Shown: one piece after another, positions 26,815-34,949 of the stretch | Position numbering within the stretch: position 1 is the stretch's first letter | Layout of the letters: each line of letters opens with the position of its first letter | NCBI GenBank assembly: GCA_002685965.1 | Contig: NYZE01000080.1 | Location: forward strand, 12,464 to 76,463 | Length of the DNA stretch: 64,000 bases | Direction: 5' to 3' | Origin: Planctomycetota bacterium | GTDB lineage: Bacteria; Planctomycetota; UBA1135; GCA-002748355 | Translations under genes and position numbers: made by a program | The notes under the pieces: model-generated | Seen by the model: the letters and a program-made list of their open reading frames with translations, nothing else | Told to the model about the DNA's origin: nothing | Databases searched by the model: none

Positions 26815-27687
26815 ATGACGGCGACGAAGATCGACGGCAAGGCGATCGCGGTGGCGATCCATGACGAGGTCCGGAGCGGTGCTGTCGAACTGCGCAGCAG
26901 GACCGGCGTCGTACCGGGGCTGGCCACAGTGATCGTCGGCGACGATCCAGCGTCTCGCTCCTACGTGAAGGCCAAGCGGCGGGCGTGCGTCGACGACGGC
27001 ATCGAGCCGTTCGGCTACGAACTCGCTGCCGATACGACGCACGGCGAACTGCTGTCTCTGCTGGCCGCTCTTGCAGCCGACTCGAGCGTGCACGGGATCT
27101 TGGTGCAACTGCCTCTGCCCAAGCACCTCGACGAACGCCGCGTGCTCTCGGTGATCCCCGTCGACAAGGACGTCGATGGGTTCCACCCGCACAACGTCGG
27201 GTTGCTCGGCGTCAAGGGCGCGGAACCGAGCTTCGTGCCCTGCACCCCGGCCGGCATCATCGAGCTCCTGAAGCGTAGCGACGTGTCTCTCTCGGGTGCC
27301 CGCGCTGTCGTGCTCGGGCGCAGCAAGATCGTCGGACTGCCCGCCGCACTGCTCCTGCTGCGCGAGGACGCGACGGTGACGGTTTGTCACTCACGCACGG
27401 CGAGCCTGGCTGACGTCACGCGCGAAGCCGATGTGCTCGTGGCTGCGATCGGCCGCGCCGAGTTTGTCACTGCCGACATGGTCAAGCCCGGCGCCGTCGT
27501 CATCGACGTGGGCGTAAACCGCGTCGATGACGCGAGCAGGAAGCGCGGCTACCGCCTCGTCGGCGATTGCGCCTACGACGAAATAGCCGAAGTCGCGCGC
27601 GCGATCACGCCGGTGCCGGGCGGCGTTGGCCCGATGACCATCGCCATGCTGATGCAGAACACGTTGCGCGCTGCCGAGCGAGCCTGA
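26815..27687 (+). CDS. folD: Bifunctional 5,10-methylenetetrahydrofolate dehydrogenase / cyclohydrolase
   Basis: 290 aa. The sequence KIDGKAIA...PGLATVIVGDDPASRSYVKAKRRAC...HGILVQLPLPKHLD...DKDVDGFHP.NVG...VPCTPAGIIELL...GRSKIVGLPAA.LLL...ATVTVCHSRT...ITPVPGGVGPMTIAMLM is typical of FolD. Confidence 0.92.
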   Translation: MTATKIDGKAIAVAIHDEVRSGAVELRSRTGVVPGLATVIVGDDPASRSYVKAKRRACVDDGIEPFGYELAADTTHGELLSLLAALAADSSVHGILVQLPLPKHLDERRVLSVIPVDKDVDGFHPHNVGLLGVKGAEPSFVPCTPAGIIELLKRSDVSLSGARAVVLGRSKIVGLPAALLLLREDATVTVCHSRTASLADVTREADVLVAAIGRAEFVTADMVKPGAVVIDVGVNRVDDASRKRGYRLVGDCAYDEIAEVARAITPVPGGVGPMTIAMLMQNTLRAAERA

Positions 27688-27732
27688 CCAAGACTCGAGC
27701 AAGCGGGTAGCCCAGTGTGCAGGGGGCAGCGC

Positions 27733-28773
27733 CTACTTGCCGGTGACCGACCCCAGCTTCTTGGCCAGGCTTGGCAGGTCAAGGACGTTGTTGTCCAACG
27801 TCGAGATGATGATCTTGGTCAGGTTGAGGTTCTTGGCAGCCTCGAGCGCGACGAGGTTCTTGGCGCCGCTGCCCTGCAGCGCGGTCTGTCGCAGACGCTG
27901 GGCCTCGGCCTCGGCGTTCTTTGTCAGAAGGTTGGCCGACGCTTGTTTCTCGGCCTTGAACAGGTCGGCGTCGGCGTGCGTCTCGACGACGTAGCGAGCG
28001 GCATCGGCGCGGATCTTGGCGATTTCCTTCTCGTTGTCGGCGGTCAGCTCGCGCCGCGTCTTCTCAAGCGTTTGCTTGATGACGGTCACCTTTGCCTGCG
28101 TGGCCGCCTCGATGATCTGCGTGTTACCGCGGAACTGCGCCGCCTCGCGTTGCGCGTTGTTGACCTCGCGCTCCTGATCCTTCAGCGCCTTGAGCTTGAG
28201 CTCCTTCTCATAGGTCAGGTTGAACGTGACGTCGCGCACGAGAATTGCGACGAGCTCGACGTGCAGCGAAGCGAGCCGGCGGCGTAGCAGTGTCTCGGAT
28301 TCAGCAGCCTTGTCGGTGCGCTTCTTTGGATCGTAGAAATCCTCGGTCAGCATGCTGCCGAACACGGGTCGCATCGCATCGATGGCCTCGTTGCGCACTT
28401 TGGTCTTGTAGTAATCGCCGGTGCCGAGTTCCTGGCGCAGCTTCCAGCACTCGCCCGGCTTGATGCGGAACTTGATCGTGACATCGAGGATGACGGTCTG
28501 GCCGTCGCGCGACTTGACGTTGAGCGGCCCGTTAGGGTCGCCGTCGATCATCGACAGGGTCTGAACGGTCGAGTCGAACAGCTCCCAGCTGTGCAGGGGG
28601 CCGAGGTCGAAGTGGAAACCCGGAGGGTAGTCCTCCTGCTGCAGACCGGAGCCCCACTCTTCGGTGAGCACGCCGACCTGGCCGATCCGGACCTTGACCA
28701 CGCACAAGCGTGCGAAGATGCCGGTGGCGGCGAGTAGAAGAAGACCAGAGGAGGCGATGGCCGTGACCTTCAT
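27733..28773 (-). CDS. SPFH/band-7 domain membrane protein with long C-terminal coiled coil
   Basis: The N-terminal TM helix is MKVTAIASSGLLLLAATGIF. The SPFH core reads VRIGQVGVL...VKSRDGQTVILDVTIKFRI. A heptad-rich tail follows. The start overlaps the upstream SPFH gene stop (ATGA 28770..28773). Confidence 0.8.
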   Translation of the reverse strand: MKVTAIASSGLLLLAATGIFARLCVVKVRIGQVGVLTEEWGSGLQQEDYPPGFHFDLGPLHSWELFDSTVQTLSMIDGDPNGPLNVKSRDGQTVILDVTIKFRIKPGECWKLRQELGTGDYYKTKVRNEAIDAMRPVFGSMLTEDFYDPKKRTDKAAESETLLRRRLASLHVELVAILVRDVTFNLTYEKELKLKALKDQEREVNNAQREAAQFRGNTQIIEAATQAKVTVIKQTLEKTRRELTADNEKEIAKIRADAARYVVETHADADLFKAEKQASANLLTKNAEAEAQRLRQTALQGSGAKNLVALEAAKNLNLTKIIISTLDNNVLDLPSLAKKLGSVTGK

Positions 28774-29915
28774 CGTTTGCCTCCCTTCACTGCAGCTGGC
28801 GCGCCTTCGACCGACAGCCTCTGCACGACTGGCGACGTCGCGTAGGGCAGACCTTCGATCTCTGCCCGCCCCAGCGCTTCGGCGACGGCGCGCATCACGA
28901 GGTTGTGACCGCCCTCCCCGGCGAGCGCTGCGACGAGGTTCTTCAGCGACTCGGCCTCCGCCTTGGCAGCCGCCAAGACGCCCTTGGCGTCACGTTCGGC
29001 CTGATAGAAGATCGCCTCGGCTTCGACCTTGGTCGTGTAGGCGTAGGCCTCGGCTCCTTTGCTGTCCTTCACCGCGACGGCTGTGGCCTCGATCTGCTCC
29101 TTCTGCAGCGTGCCCTTGATCTTCTCGATCTCGACCTCGGCGTCCTTGTCGGCCTGGACGATCTGTCGCTCTTGGAAAGCCCTAGCTGTTTCGGCGGCGA
29201 CCTTCTGCCGCTCGACCTCTTGCTTGGCCTGGTTTTTCTCGTCGATCTTGTCCTCGTACTCTTTGTAGAAACGGAACTCATCGGGCACGACCTTGAGGAC
29301 CTCGATGCCGTGCACGTTGAGCAAGGCGTTAAGCTCCTTCTCGCACACACGCGCCTTCTCGTCGCGCGCGGTCGCATCGTAGAAGCCCTCAGCCTCCAGC
29401 TCACCGAACACGTATCGCGCGACGGCACGACTGTAGTCGCGAATCCATTTCTGTCGGTAGGCGTCGACCGGCTCGCCGCGGAGGCGGCGGCGGCCGCGGC
29501 GGCCGCGCGGGCCGTACTCCAGTATGCGGACGCGGTCTACGCCGGACTCTCCCACGAGCTTGTTCAGAATCGTCTTCTCGTCGAGTAGCAACCGGTAGTT
29601 GACCTCGACGTCGAGCGATACGTCAGCGCCTTCGCTGGTCTTGATCTTGACCTCACCTTCCTTGCCCCTCATCCCGAGCGTGTGGATGGTCTTGTCGATC
29701 GTGTGCAGATCCGTCATCCAACCGTTGTAGAAGAATGATCCGGGCTGGGTCCGCACGGCCACGTTGCCGGTCAGATTGTTGATCAAGATGCCGACGTCGC
29801 TCGCGTCTACCCGACCCAGCCTGACTGAGGTCACCAAGCCGACGACGACGACGACGGCGGCCATGATGGGTAGTAGCGGTAGTCGCATCGTGCCGCCTTT
29901 GAAGTCGATCCTCAT
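28770..29915 (-). CDS. SPFH/band-7 (flotillin-like) membrane protein
   Basis: Lies in ORF 28770..29981, with my preferred start at the ATG at 29915 (MRIDFKGGTMRLPLLPIMAAVVVVVGLV). The SPFH core reads GILINNLTGNVAVRTQPGSFFYNGWMTDLHTIDKT...IKTSEGADVSLDVEVNYRL. An Arg-rich insert (GPRGRRGRRRLRGE) is followed by a flotillin-like Ala/Glu-rich coiled coil. Confidence 0.8.
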   Translation of the reverse strand: MRIDFKGGTMRLPLLPIMAAVVVVVGLVTSVRLGRVDASDVGILINNLTGNVAVRTQPGSFFYNGWMTDLHTIDKTIHTLGMRGKEGEVKIKTSEGADVSLDVEVNYRLLLDEKTILNKLVGESGVDRVRILEYGPRGRRGRRRLRGEPVDAYRQKWIRDYSRAVARYVFGELEAEGFYDATARDEKARVCEKELNALLNVHGIEVLKVVPDEFRFYKEYEDKIDEKNQAKQEVERQKVAAETARAFQERQIVQADKDAEVEIEKIKGTLQKEQIEATAVAVKDSKGAEAYAYTTKVEAEAIFYQAERDAKGVLAAAKAEAESLKNLVAALAGEGGHNLVMRAVAEALGRAEIEGLPYATSPVVQRLSVEGAPAAVKGGKR

Positions 29916-30139
29916 GTGCTTCTCCTCAAGGGTGAGAGGGTGGGCCCGCAGCACCTGCAGGCATAGAGAATGCGCAGGCAAAGCCGGAAAGATTCACATT
30001 GCCTGAAGGCCGAATCAGACCAGTTCTGCGCTGCCCTTGAACCGTGTCTGAGCGTGGTCTAAGGCATCGGCTGGCGCGCGACCGGGGCGTTCCGGCGCCA
30101 GACCCGCGCCATAAGTCCTTTTAAGCTTGTGGTTTCCAA

Positions 30140-31339
30140 ATGAGTCAAGACATCGTCATCCTCGGCGGCGCACGTACGCCGATGGCTGAGTATTCCGGCA
30201 CGCCGGGTTCTGGCAAGTTGAAGGACGTGAGCGCCATCGATCTTTGTGTGCATGCCACGAAGGCCGCGCTCGAGCGCACCGGGATCGCTGCTGACCAAGT
30301 CGAGCACATCGCGGTCGGCAACGCGCTGCAGACGTCGACCGATGCGATCTACGGCGCGCGGCACGTCGGTCTCAAGGCTGGCCTGCCGATCGAAACGCCA
30401 GCGGTCACGCTCAACCGGTTGTGTGGCTCGGGCATTCAGTCTGCGGTCACGTGCGCGCAGATGATGCAGCTCGGCGAGGCGAAGCTGACGGTCGCGGGTG
30501 GCATGGAGAGCATGAGCCAGGCGCCGTTCGTCGCGCGCGGCATCCGCGATGGCATCCGCTTTGGCGTGCAACCGCAGCTCGAGGACTCGCTGTTCTCATC
30601 GTTGATGGATCCCTACTGCGGTCTCTACATGGCGCAGACGGCCGAGAACATCGCCCGGCAGTCGAACATCTCACGTCAGGCGCAAGACGATTACGCGCTG
30701 CGCTCGCACCAACTCGGCGCTGCGGCCGTTCAGTCCGGCGTGTTTGCCGACGAGATCGCGCCGATCGAAGTCCAGAAGGGACGCAAGACCTTCGTCGTCG
30801 ACACAGATGATCACATCAAGCCCGACACGACACTCGAAGCCCTGTCCGGACTGCGCGCGGCGTTCGGCAAGGAAGGGACGGTCACTGCCGGTAACGCTTC
30901 TGGCATCGTCGACGGCGCCGCCGCACTGGTCCTCGCGACTGCGGATCACGCGTGCGAACTCGGCAAGGAACCGATTGCCAAGATCCGTTCATGGGGCATG
31001 GCCGGCGTTGCGCCCGACGTCATGGGCATGGGGCCCGTGCCCGCGATCAAGATCGCTGTCGAGCGTGCCGGGCTGTCGCTGGAAGACATCGACTACTTCG
31101 AGATCAACGAAGCGTTCTCTGCCCAGTATTTAGGAGTGGAGAAGGATCTCGGTCTCGATCGCGACAAGTGCAACGTCAACGGAGGCGCGATCGCATTGGG
31201 CCATCCGCTCGGTGCGACGGGCACGCGACTGCTACTCACCCTGCTCTATCAGCTTCGCCGCACGGGCAAGTCGTTTGGGTGCGCCTCTGCGTGCATCGGC
31301 GGTGGCCAAGGCATCGCGATGATCCTCGAATCCCTGTAG
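30140..31339 (+). CDS. Acetyl-CoA C-acetyltransferase (thiolase II)
   Basis: 399 aa. The sequence is VILGGARTPM...NRLCGSGIQS (active-site Cys)...GNASGIVDGAAALVL...NEAFSAQ...NVNGGAIALGHPLGATG...ACIGGGQGIAMILE. Confidence 0.9.
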   Translation: MSQDIVILGGARTPMAEYSGTPGSGKLKDVSAIDLCVHATKAALERTGIAADQVEHIAVGNALQTSTDAIYGARHVGLKAGLPIETPAVTLNRLCGSGIQSAVTCAQMMQLGEAKLTVAGGMESMSQAPFVARGIRDGIRFGVQPQLEDSLFSSLMDPYCGLYMAQTAENIARQSNISRQAQDDYALRSHQLGAAAVQSGVFADEIAPIEVQKGRKTFVVDTDDHIKPDTTLEALSGLRAAFGKEGTVTAGNASGIVDGAAALVLATADHACELGKEPIAKIRSWGMAGVAPDVMGMGPVPAIKIAVERAGLSLEDIDYFEINEAFSAQYLGVEKDLGLDRDKCNVNGGAIALGHPLGATGTRLLLTLLYQLRRTGKSFGCASACIGGGQGIAMILESL

Positions 31340-31429
31340 CCTCTTCCGAGTTGTCCCTCTGGGACGTCAGAGACGTCCGCGCGAGCGCGTTAGGGAAGGC
31401 GTGCTCACCCTTCCGAGGCAAAACAATCA

Positions 31430-33433
31430 ATGCAGCCAACGAGAAGAACATCCGTGCGGATCACCGGCAGGATTCTCTACCTGACCCGGGATCCCGACCT
31501 GCTGCAAAGGCAACTGGACGGCGAGGACCTCGAATGGGATGAGTCGATCGAGTTGATCGACAACATCTCCACCGATGAGATCACGCCGAGCTGGATCTGC
31601 TACTACTACGACGAGAAGCTGGCGGACTACGCGCTCATCGGACTCCGCGGTGGCCTGATCAAGCCGAACGCGATCAAGGACGGCGACTTCGGAGTCATCG
31701 TCTCCGGGCTCTCCAAGGGATGCGGCAGCTCTCGCGAGACAGCGCCGTTCAGCGAGCTCAAGGCTGGTGTGCATCTGGTCGTTGCGCGGAGCATCGAGAA
31801 GATCTACAGGCAAAACTGTCAGAACATCGGGCTGCTCACTTCGACGGACTTCGGGTTACTCGATTGCATCAAGCGTGGCGAAGAGCTGCCGATTGACGCG
31901 TTCACCGACGGGCTCGACGAGATCTCAGCGCAGGTCGTGGAGCACGGTGGACTGTTCGCATACAACCGGGCTCGGCTCGCCGGTCACGTCGCGCCACCAA
32001 TACCGAAGCGTTCGCCGCGGCCGATGACGATCTGCGAGAAGATCATCGCAGCCCACGCGATCAGCGATGCGAGCACAGGGCAAACCGGCGTCGACGCCGT
32101 GGTGCCCGGCGACTCCCTCTTCGCGCGGACGGACGTGCGCTTCACGCACGAGTACGTGACGCCGATGGCGGCGGCTCTTTTTCGTTCGGGGCTCGGTGAC
32201 GATGCGACGGTCAGCGAACCCGGCAGCGTGTTCGCGTTCCGCGATCACCTGACGTTCCTCGATTCGGTCATGCCGGCCGCACACCGCGAGCTCGGGCTCG
32301 ACGTGCAGGCTGCGAGCCTGGCGACGGCGCAGGAGGAGTTCTGCGCCGAGCAGGGCATCAAGCTGTACGGCGAGGTGACTCGCGATGGCAAGCTGGTCGG
32401 CTCAGAAGCGATCTGTCACAACAAGGTGATCGAGGAGCTCGCAAACCCGGGCGACCTGGTAACCGGCACAGACTCGCATACCTGCATGGCTGGCGCGCTT
32501 GGATGCTTCGCGTTCGGCGTCGGCTCGACAGACATGGCGAATGCCTGGTTCACCCGCGACGTGCGGGTGCGGGTTCCCGAGACAGCGCGGTTCGTGCTGC
32601 GCGGCAAGCTCAGTCCCGGCGTCGTTGCCAAGGACGTGATCCTGCAGTTGTTGTCGATGGACTTCTTCAAGAGCGGTGAGGGCATCGGCAAGGTGCTGGA
32701 GTTCGCCGGTCCGGCCGTACGCGACATGGAACTCGACGAACGTGCCACGCTGACCAACATGGCTGTCGAGGCTGGCGGCTTCACCGGCATCGTCGAAGCA
32801 GACGAGGTGGTCGTCGACTACTTGAAGGATCGACGCTCGCTGTCAGTCGAGCAGCTGCGTGCGGGCATCGTGCGCGCCGACGAAGGCGCGAGCTACTGTG
32901 CGAGCTTCGACGTCGACCTGGCCAATCTCGAGCCGATGGTTGCGACTCCGGGCGATCCGCGTAACGGCGTTCGACTGACGCAACTCGGTGACTCCGTGAC
33001 GATCGACATCGCCTACGGCGGCTCGTGCACGGGGGGCAAGAAGGCTGATATGGCGATGTATGCCAACGTGCTCGAGCAAGCGAAGCAGGCCGGCATGAAG
33101 ATCGCCGATGGTGTCCGCTTCTTCATCCAGTTCGGCTCGCAAGAGATCCGCGCGGACGCGATCGGGCAGGGCTTCTACGCCCTGTTCGAAGAGATGGGGG
33201 TCGAACTGATCGATCCTTCCTGTGGCGCCTGCATCAAGGCAGGCCCGGGAGTCTCGGAGCGTGCGGACGAAGTAACGATCTCAGCGATCAACCGCAACTT
33301 CCCGGGTCGTTCTGGACCAGGGCAGGTCTACTTGGCTAGCCCGTTGACTGTTGCGGCGTCGGCTATTGCGGGTCACATTTGCTCCGCGGACGAACTGTTC
33401 GCGGCGAGTAACCTTGCTCCGGCCGGTCAATAG
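31430..33433 (+). CDS. Aconitase-family dehydratase, single polypeptide with swivel (LeuD-like) domain N-terminal to the catalytic (LeuC-like) domains
   Basis: 667 aa. Residues ~1-190 are LeuD-like (NISTDEITP...GVIVSGLSKGCGSSRETAP...ARSIEKIYRQNCQNIGLL). Residues ~200-667 are LeuC-like (MTICEKIIAAHA..., GTDSHTCMAGALGCFAFGVGSTDMANAW, YGGSCTGGKKADM, CGACIKAGPG, AINRNFPGRSG). Confidence 0.8.
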   Translation: MQPTRRTSVRITGRILYLTRDPDLLQRQLDGEDLEWDESIELIDNISTDEITPSWICYYYDEKLADYALIGLRGGLIKPNAIKDGDFGVIVSGLSKGCGSSRETAPFSELKAGVHLVVARSIEKIYRQNCQNIGLLTSTDFGLLDCIKRGEELPIDAFTDGLDEISAQVVEHGGLFAYNRARLAGHVAPPIPKRSPRPMTICEKIIAAHAISDASTGQTGVDAVVPGDSLFARTDVRFTHEYVTPMAAALFRSGLGDDATVSEPGSVFAFRDHLTFLDSVMPAAHRELGLDVQAASLATAQEEFCAEQGIKLYGEVTRDGKLVGSEAICHNKVIEELANPGDLVTGTDSHTCMAGALGCFAFGVGSTDMANAWFTRDVRVRVPETARFVLRGKLSPGVVAKDVILQLLSMDFFKSGEGIGKVLEFAGPAVRDMELDERATLTNMAVEAGGFTGIVEADEVVVDYLKDRRSLSVEQLRAGIVRADEGASYCASFDVDLANLEPMVATPGDPRNGVRLTQLGDSVTIDIAYGGSCTGGKKADMAMYANVLEQAKQAGMKIADGVRFFIQFGSQEIRADAIGQGFYALFEEMGVELIDPSCGACIKAGPGVSERADEVTISAINRNFPGRSGPGQVYLASPLTVAASAIAGHICSADELFAASNLAPAGQ

Positions 33434-33463
33434 CGAGCCAGCATCACTGCCGACACACCGAGA

Positions 33464-34531
33464 ATGAGCAAGACATACGATATTGCCTACATCCCTGGCG
33501 ACGGAGTCGGGGAGGAGGTTGTCCGCGAGGGCCTCAAGGTCCTCGACGCGGTCGAAGAAGTGTTCAGCTTCCGAACCAAGCGAGAACGGCTGCCCTACGG
33601 GGCCGACCATTTCCTTGCGACCGGCGAGACCATGCCCGAGGCTGCGTTCGATCGCCTGCGTGACATGCACGCAATCGTGCTTGGCGCGATCGGCGATCCA
33701 CGCATCGAAGTGGGCAAGCTCGAGTTCGCGATCATCGCGGGCATGCGCTTCAAGCTCGACCTCTACGTCAACTTGCGCCCCATCAAGCTGTACGACGCGC
33801 GCTTCTGTCCACTCAAGGACAAGACGCCCCAGGACGTCGACATGCTGATCTGTCGCGAGAACACAGAAGGGGCCTACGCCGGCATCTACGGCCACATGAA
33901 GCACGGCACGGCGGACGAGGTCGCCCATCAGTCGATGATCTGGACCCGCAAGGGCGTCGAGCGGATCATCCGCTACGCCTTCGAGCGAGCGCTCGAACGA
34001 CCGCGACGCAAGCTGACGCTCGTGGACAAGGCCAATGCGCTGCGTTCACAGGACCTCTGGACGCGTGCCTTCGCCGAGGTCGGCGCCGAGTATCCGGATG
34101 TCGAGACGGACCACGCTTACGTCGACGCGGCGTGCATGTGGATGGTCAAGAATCCGGAGTGGTTCGACGTCGCGGTCATGCCGAACCTGTTCGGCGACAT
34201 CGTGACAGACCTGGGTGCGATGATCCAAGGCGGCATGGGGATCGCTGCCTCAGGCAACTTGCACCCCGGCAAGGTCTCGATGTTCGAGCCGATCCACGGA
34301 TCCGCGCCCAAGTACCAGGGGCAGAACAAGGCCAACCCGCTCGCCACGATCATGGCGATTTCACTGATGCTTGATTACCTCGGCGAACGAGAGGCGGCCG
34401 CCGCCGTGGAGACCGTGACCGTGGAGTTGCTGCGGTCGGGCCGGATCCGCTCGCTGAGCGCTGGGGTGCACGGGACCGACGAGATCGGCACGTTCGTGGC
34501 CGACGGAATCAGGAGCCCGGTGGCTAACTAG
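33464..34531 (+). CDS. Tartrate dehydrogenase/decarboxylase-like (D-malate DH-like) member of the isocitrate/isopropylmalate dehydrogenase family
   Basis: 355 aa. The sequence is [15 protein letters not shown]...[22 protein letters not shown]...[10 protein letters not shown]...YVNLRPIK...[12 protein letters not shown]...LVDKANAL...[12 protein letters not shown]...[27 protein letters not shown]. The N-terminal half resembles TtuC-type more than LeuB-type enzymes. This judgement is from memory of family sequences. Confidence 0.75.
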   Translation: MSKTYDIAYIPGDGVGEEVVREGLKVLDAVEEVFSFRTKRERLPYGADHFLATGETMPEAAFDRLRDMHAIVLGAIGDPRIEVGKLEFAIIAGMRFKLDLYVNLRPIKLYDARFCPLKDKTPQDVDMLICRENTEGAYAGIYGHMKHGTADEVAHQSMIWTRKGVERIIRYAFERALERPRRKLTLVDKANALRSQDLWTRAFAEVGAEYPDVETDHAYVDAACMWMVKNPEWFDVAVMPNLFGDIVTDLGAMIQGGMGIAASGNLHPGKVSMFEPIHGSAPKYQGQNKANPLATIMAISLMLDYLGEREAAAAVETVTVELLRSGRIRSLSAGVHGTDEIGTFVADGIRSPVAN

Positions 34532-34949
34532 TACCGGCACGCCATGCGCCACGCAGCAGCGTGCGTCTCTAACGGCGTCGCAACGTGCCAAGCGTGGCGA
34601 TCGGCGCGGTCGCTCCACCGCGGATCACATGGATGATGGGCCGTGTCGGTCCAGGACGGGTCGTTGTGCCAGGGGTTTTCGTCTCACGCATGGTTGGTCC
34701 TTGGTGATGGGCCAGGGAATACTCCCTACCGTATATACAGTTCGACTGGAAAACAACGCCTTCCGCGGCCCTGTTTGAAGTGGTGCTGAAGACTGCGAGT
34801 CTGGGAGCGGCCAACCGGGCCAGATCCTGTATGAGAGGCACTAGCGTCCGCGGTTGTCACGCCGGATTTACCTCGGTTTACTCCCAACCCGGCGGCGGGC
34901 GCCGTATTCAAGGACGTCGCCAACAAATAGGTTCGAAGGAGAGACCAAG

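Noticed and set aside
25644-26927. Long N-terminal extensions offered by the ORF track for several genes: 25644..26927, 795..1697, 17127.., 35956.., 38819..40987, 41143..42618, 42507..43784, 48481.., 56031.., 57508.., 58067.., 58909...
   Set aside because: The extensions are Arg/Pro-rich and overlap upstream genes or divergent promoters. They precede internal starts that give proper signal peptides, family-typical N-termini or 4-nt stop/start overlaps. I used the internal starts.
31340-31429. Short inverted repeats after the thiolase gene (GGACGTC-aga-GACGTCC and GGAAGG...CCTTCC) and after hutH (GATCGAC-tgcc-GTCGATC around 37690..37715) as terminators.
   Set aside because: The stems are only 6-7 bp with no U tract, and similar palindromes arise by chance in GC-rich DNA. 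The evidence is too weak to call them features.
34930-34939. GGTTCGAAGG, which resembles a tRNA T-arm (GGTTCGAATCC).
   Set aside because: No acceptor, D or anticodon arms can be drawn around it. It overlaps the GAAGGAG ribosome-binding site of the gene starting at 34950. I found no convincing tRNA elsewhere in the spacers.
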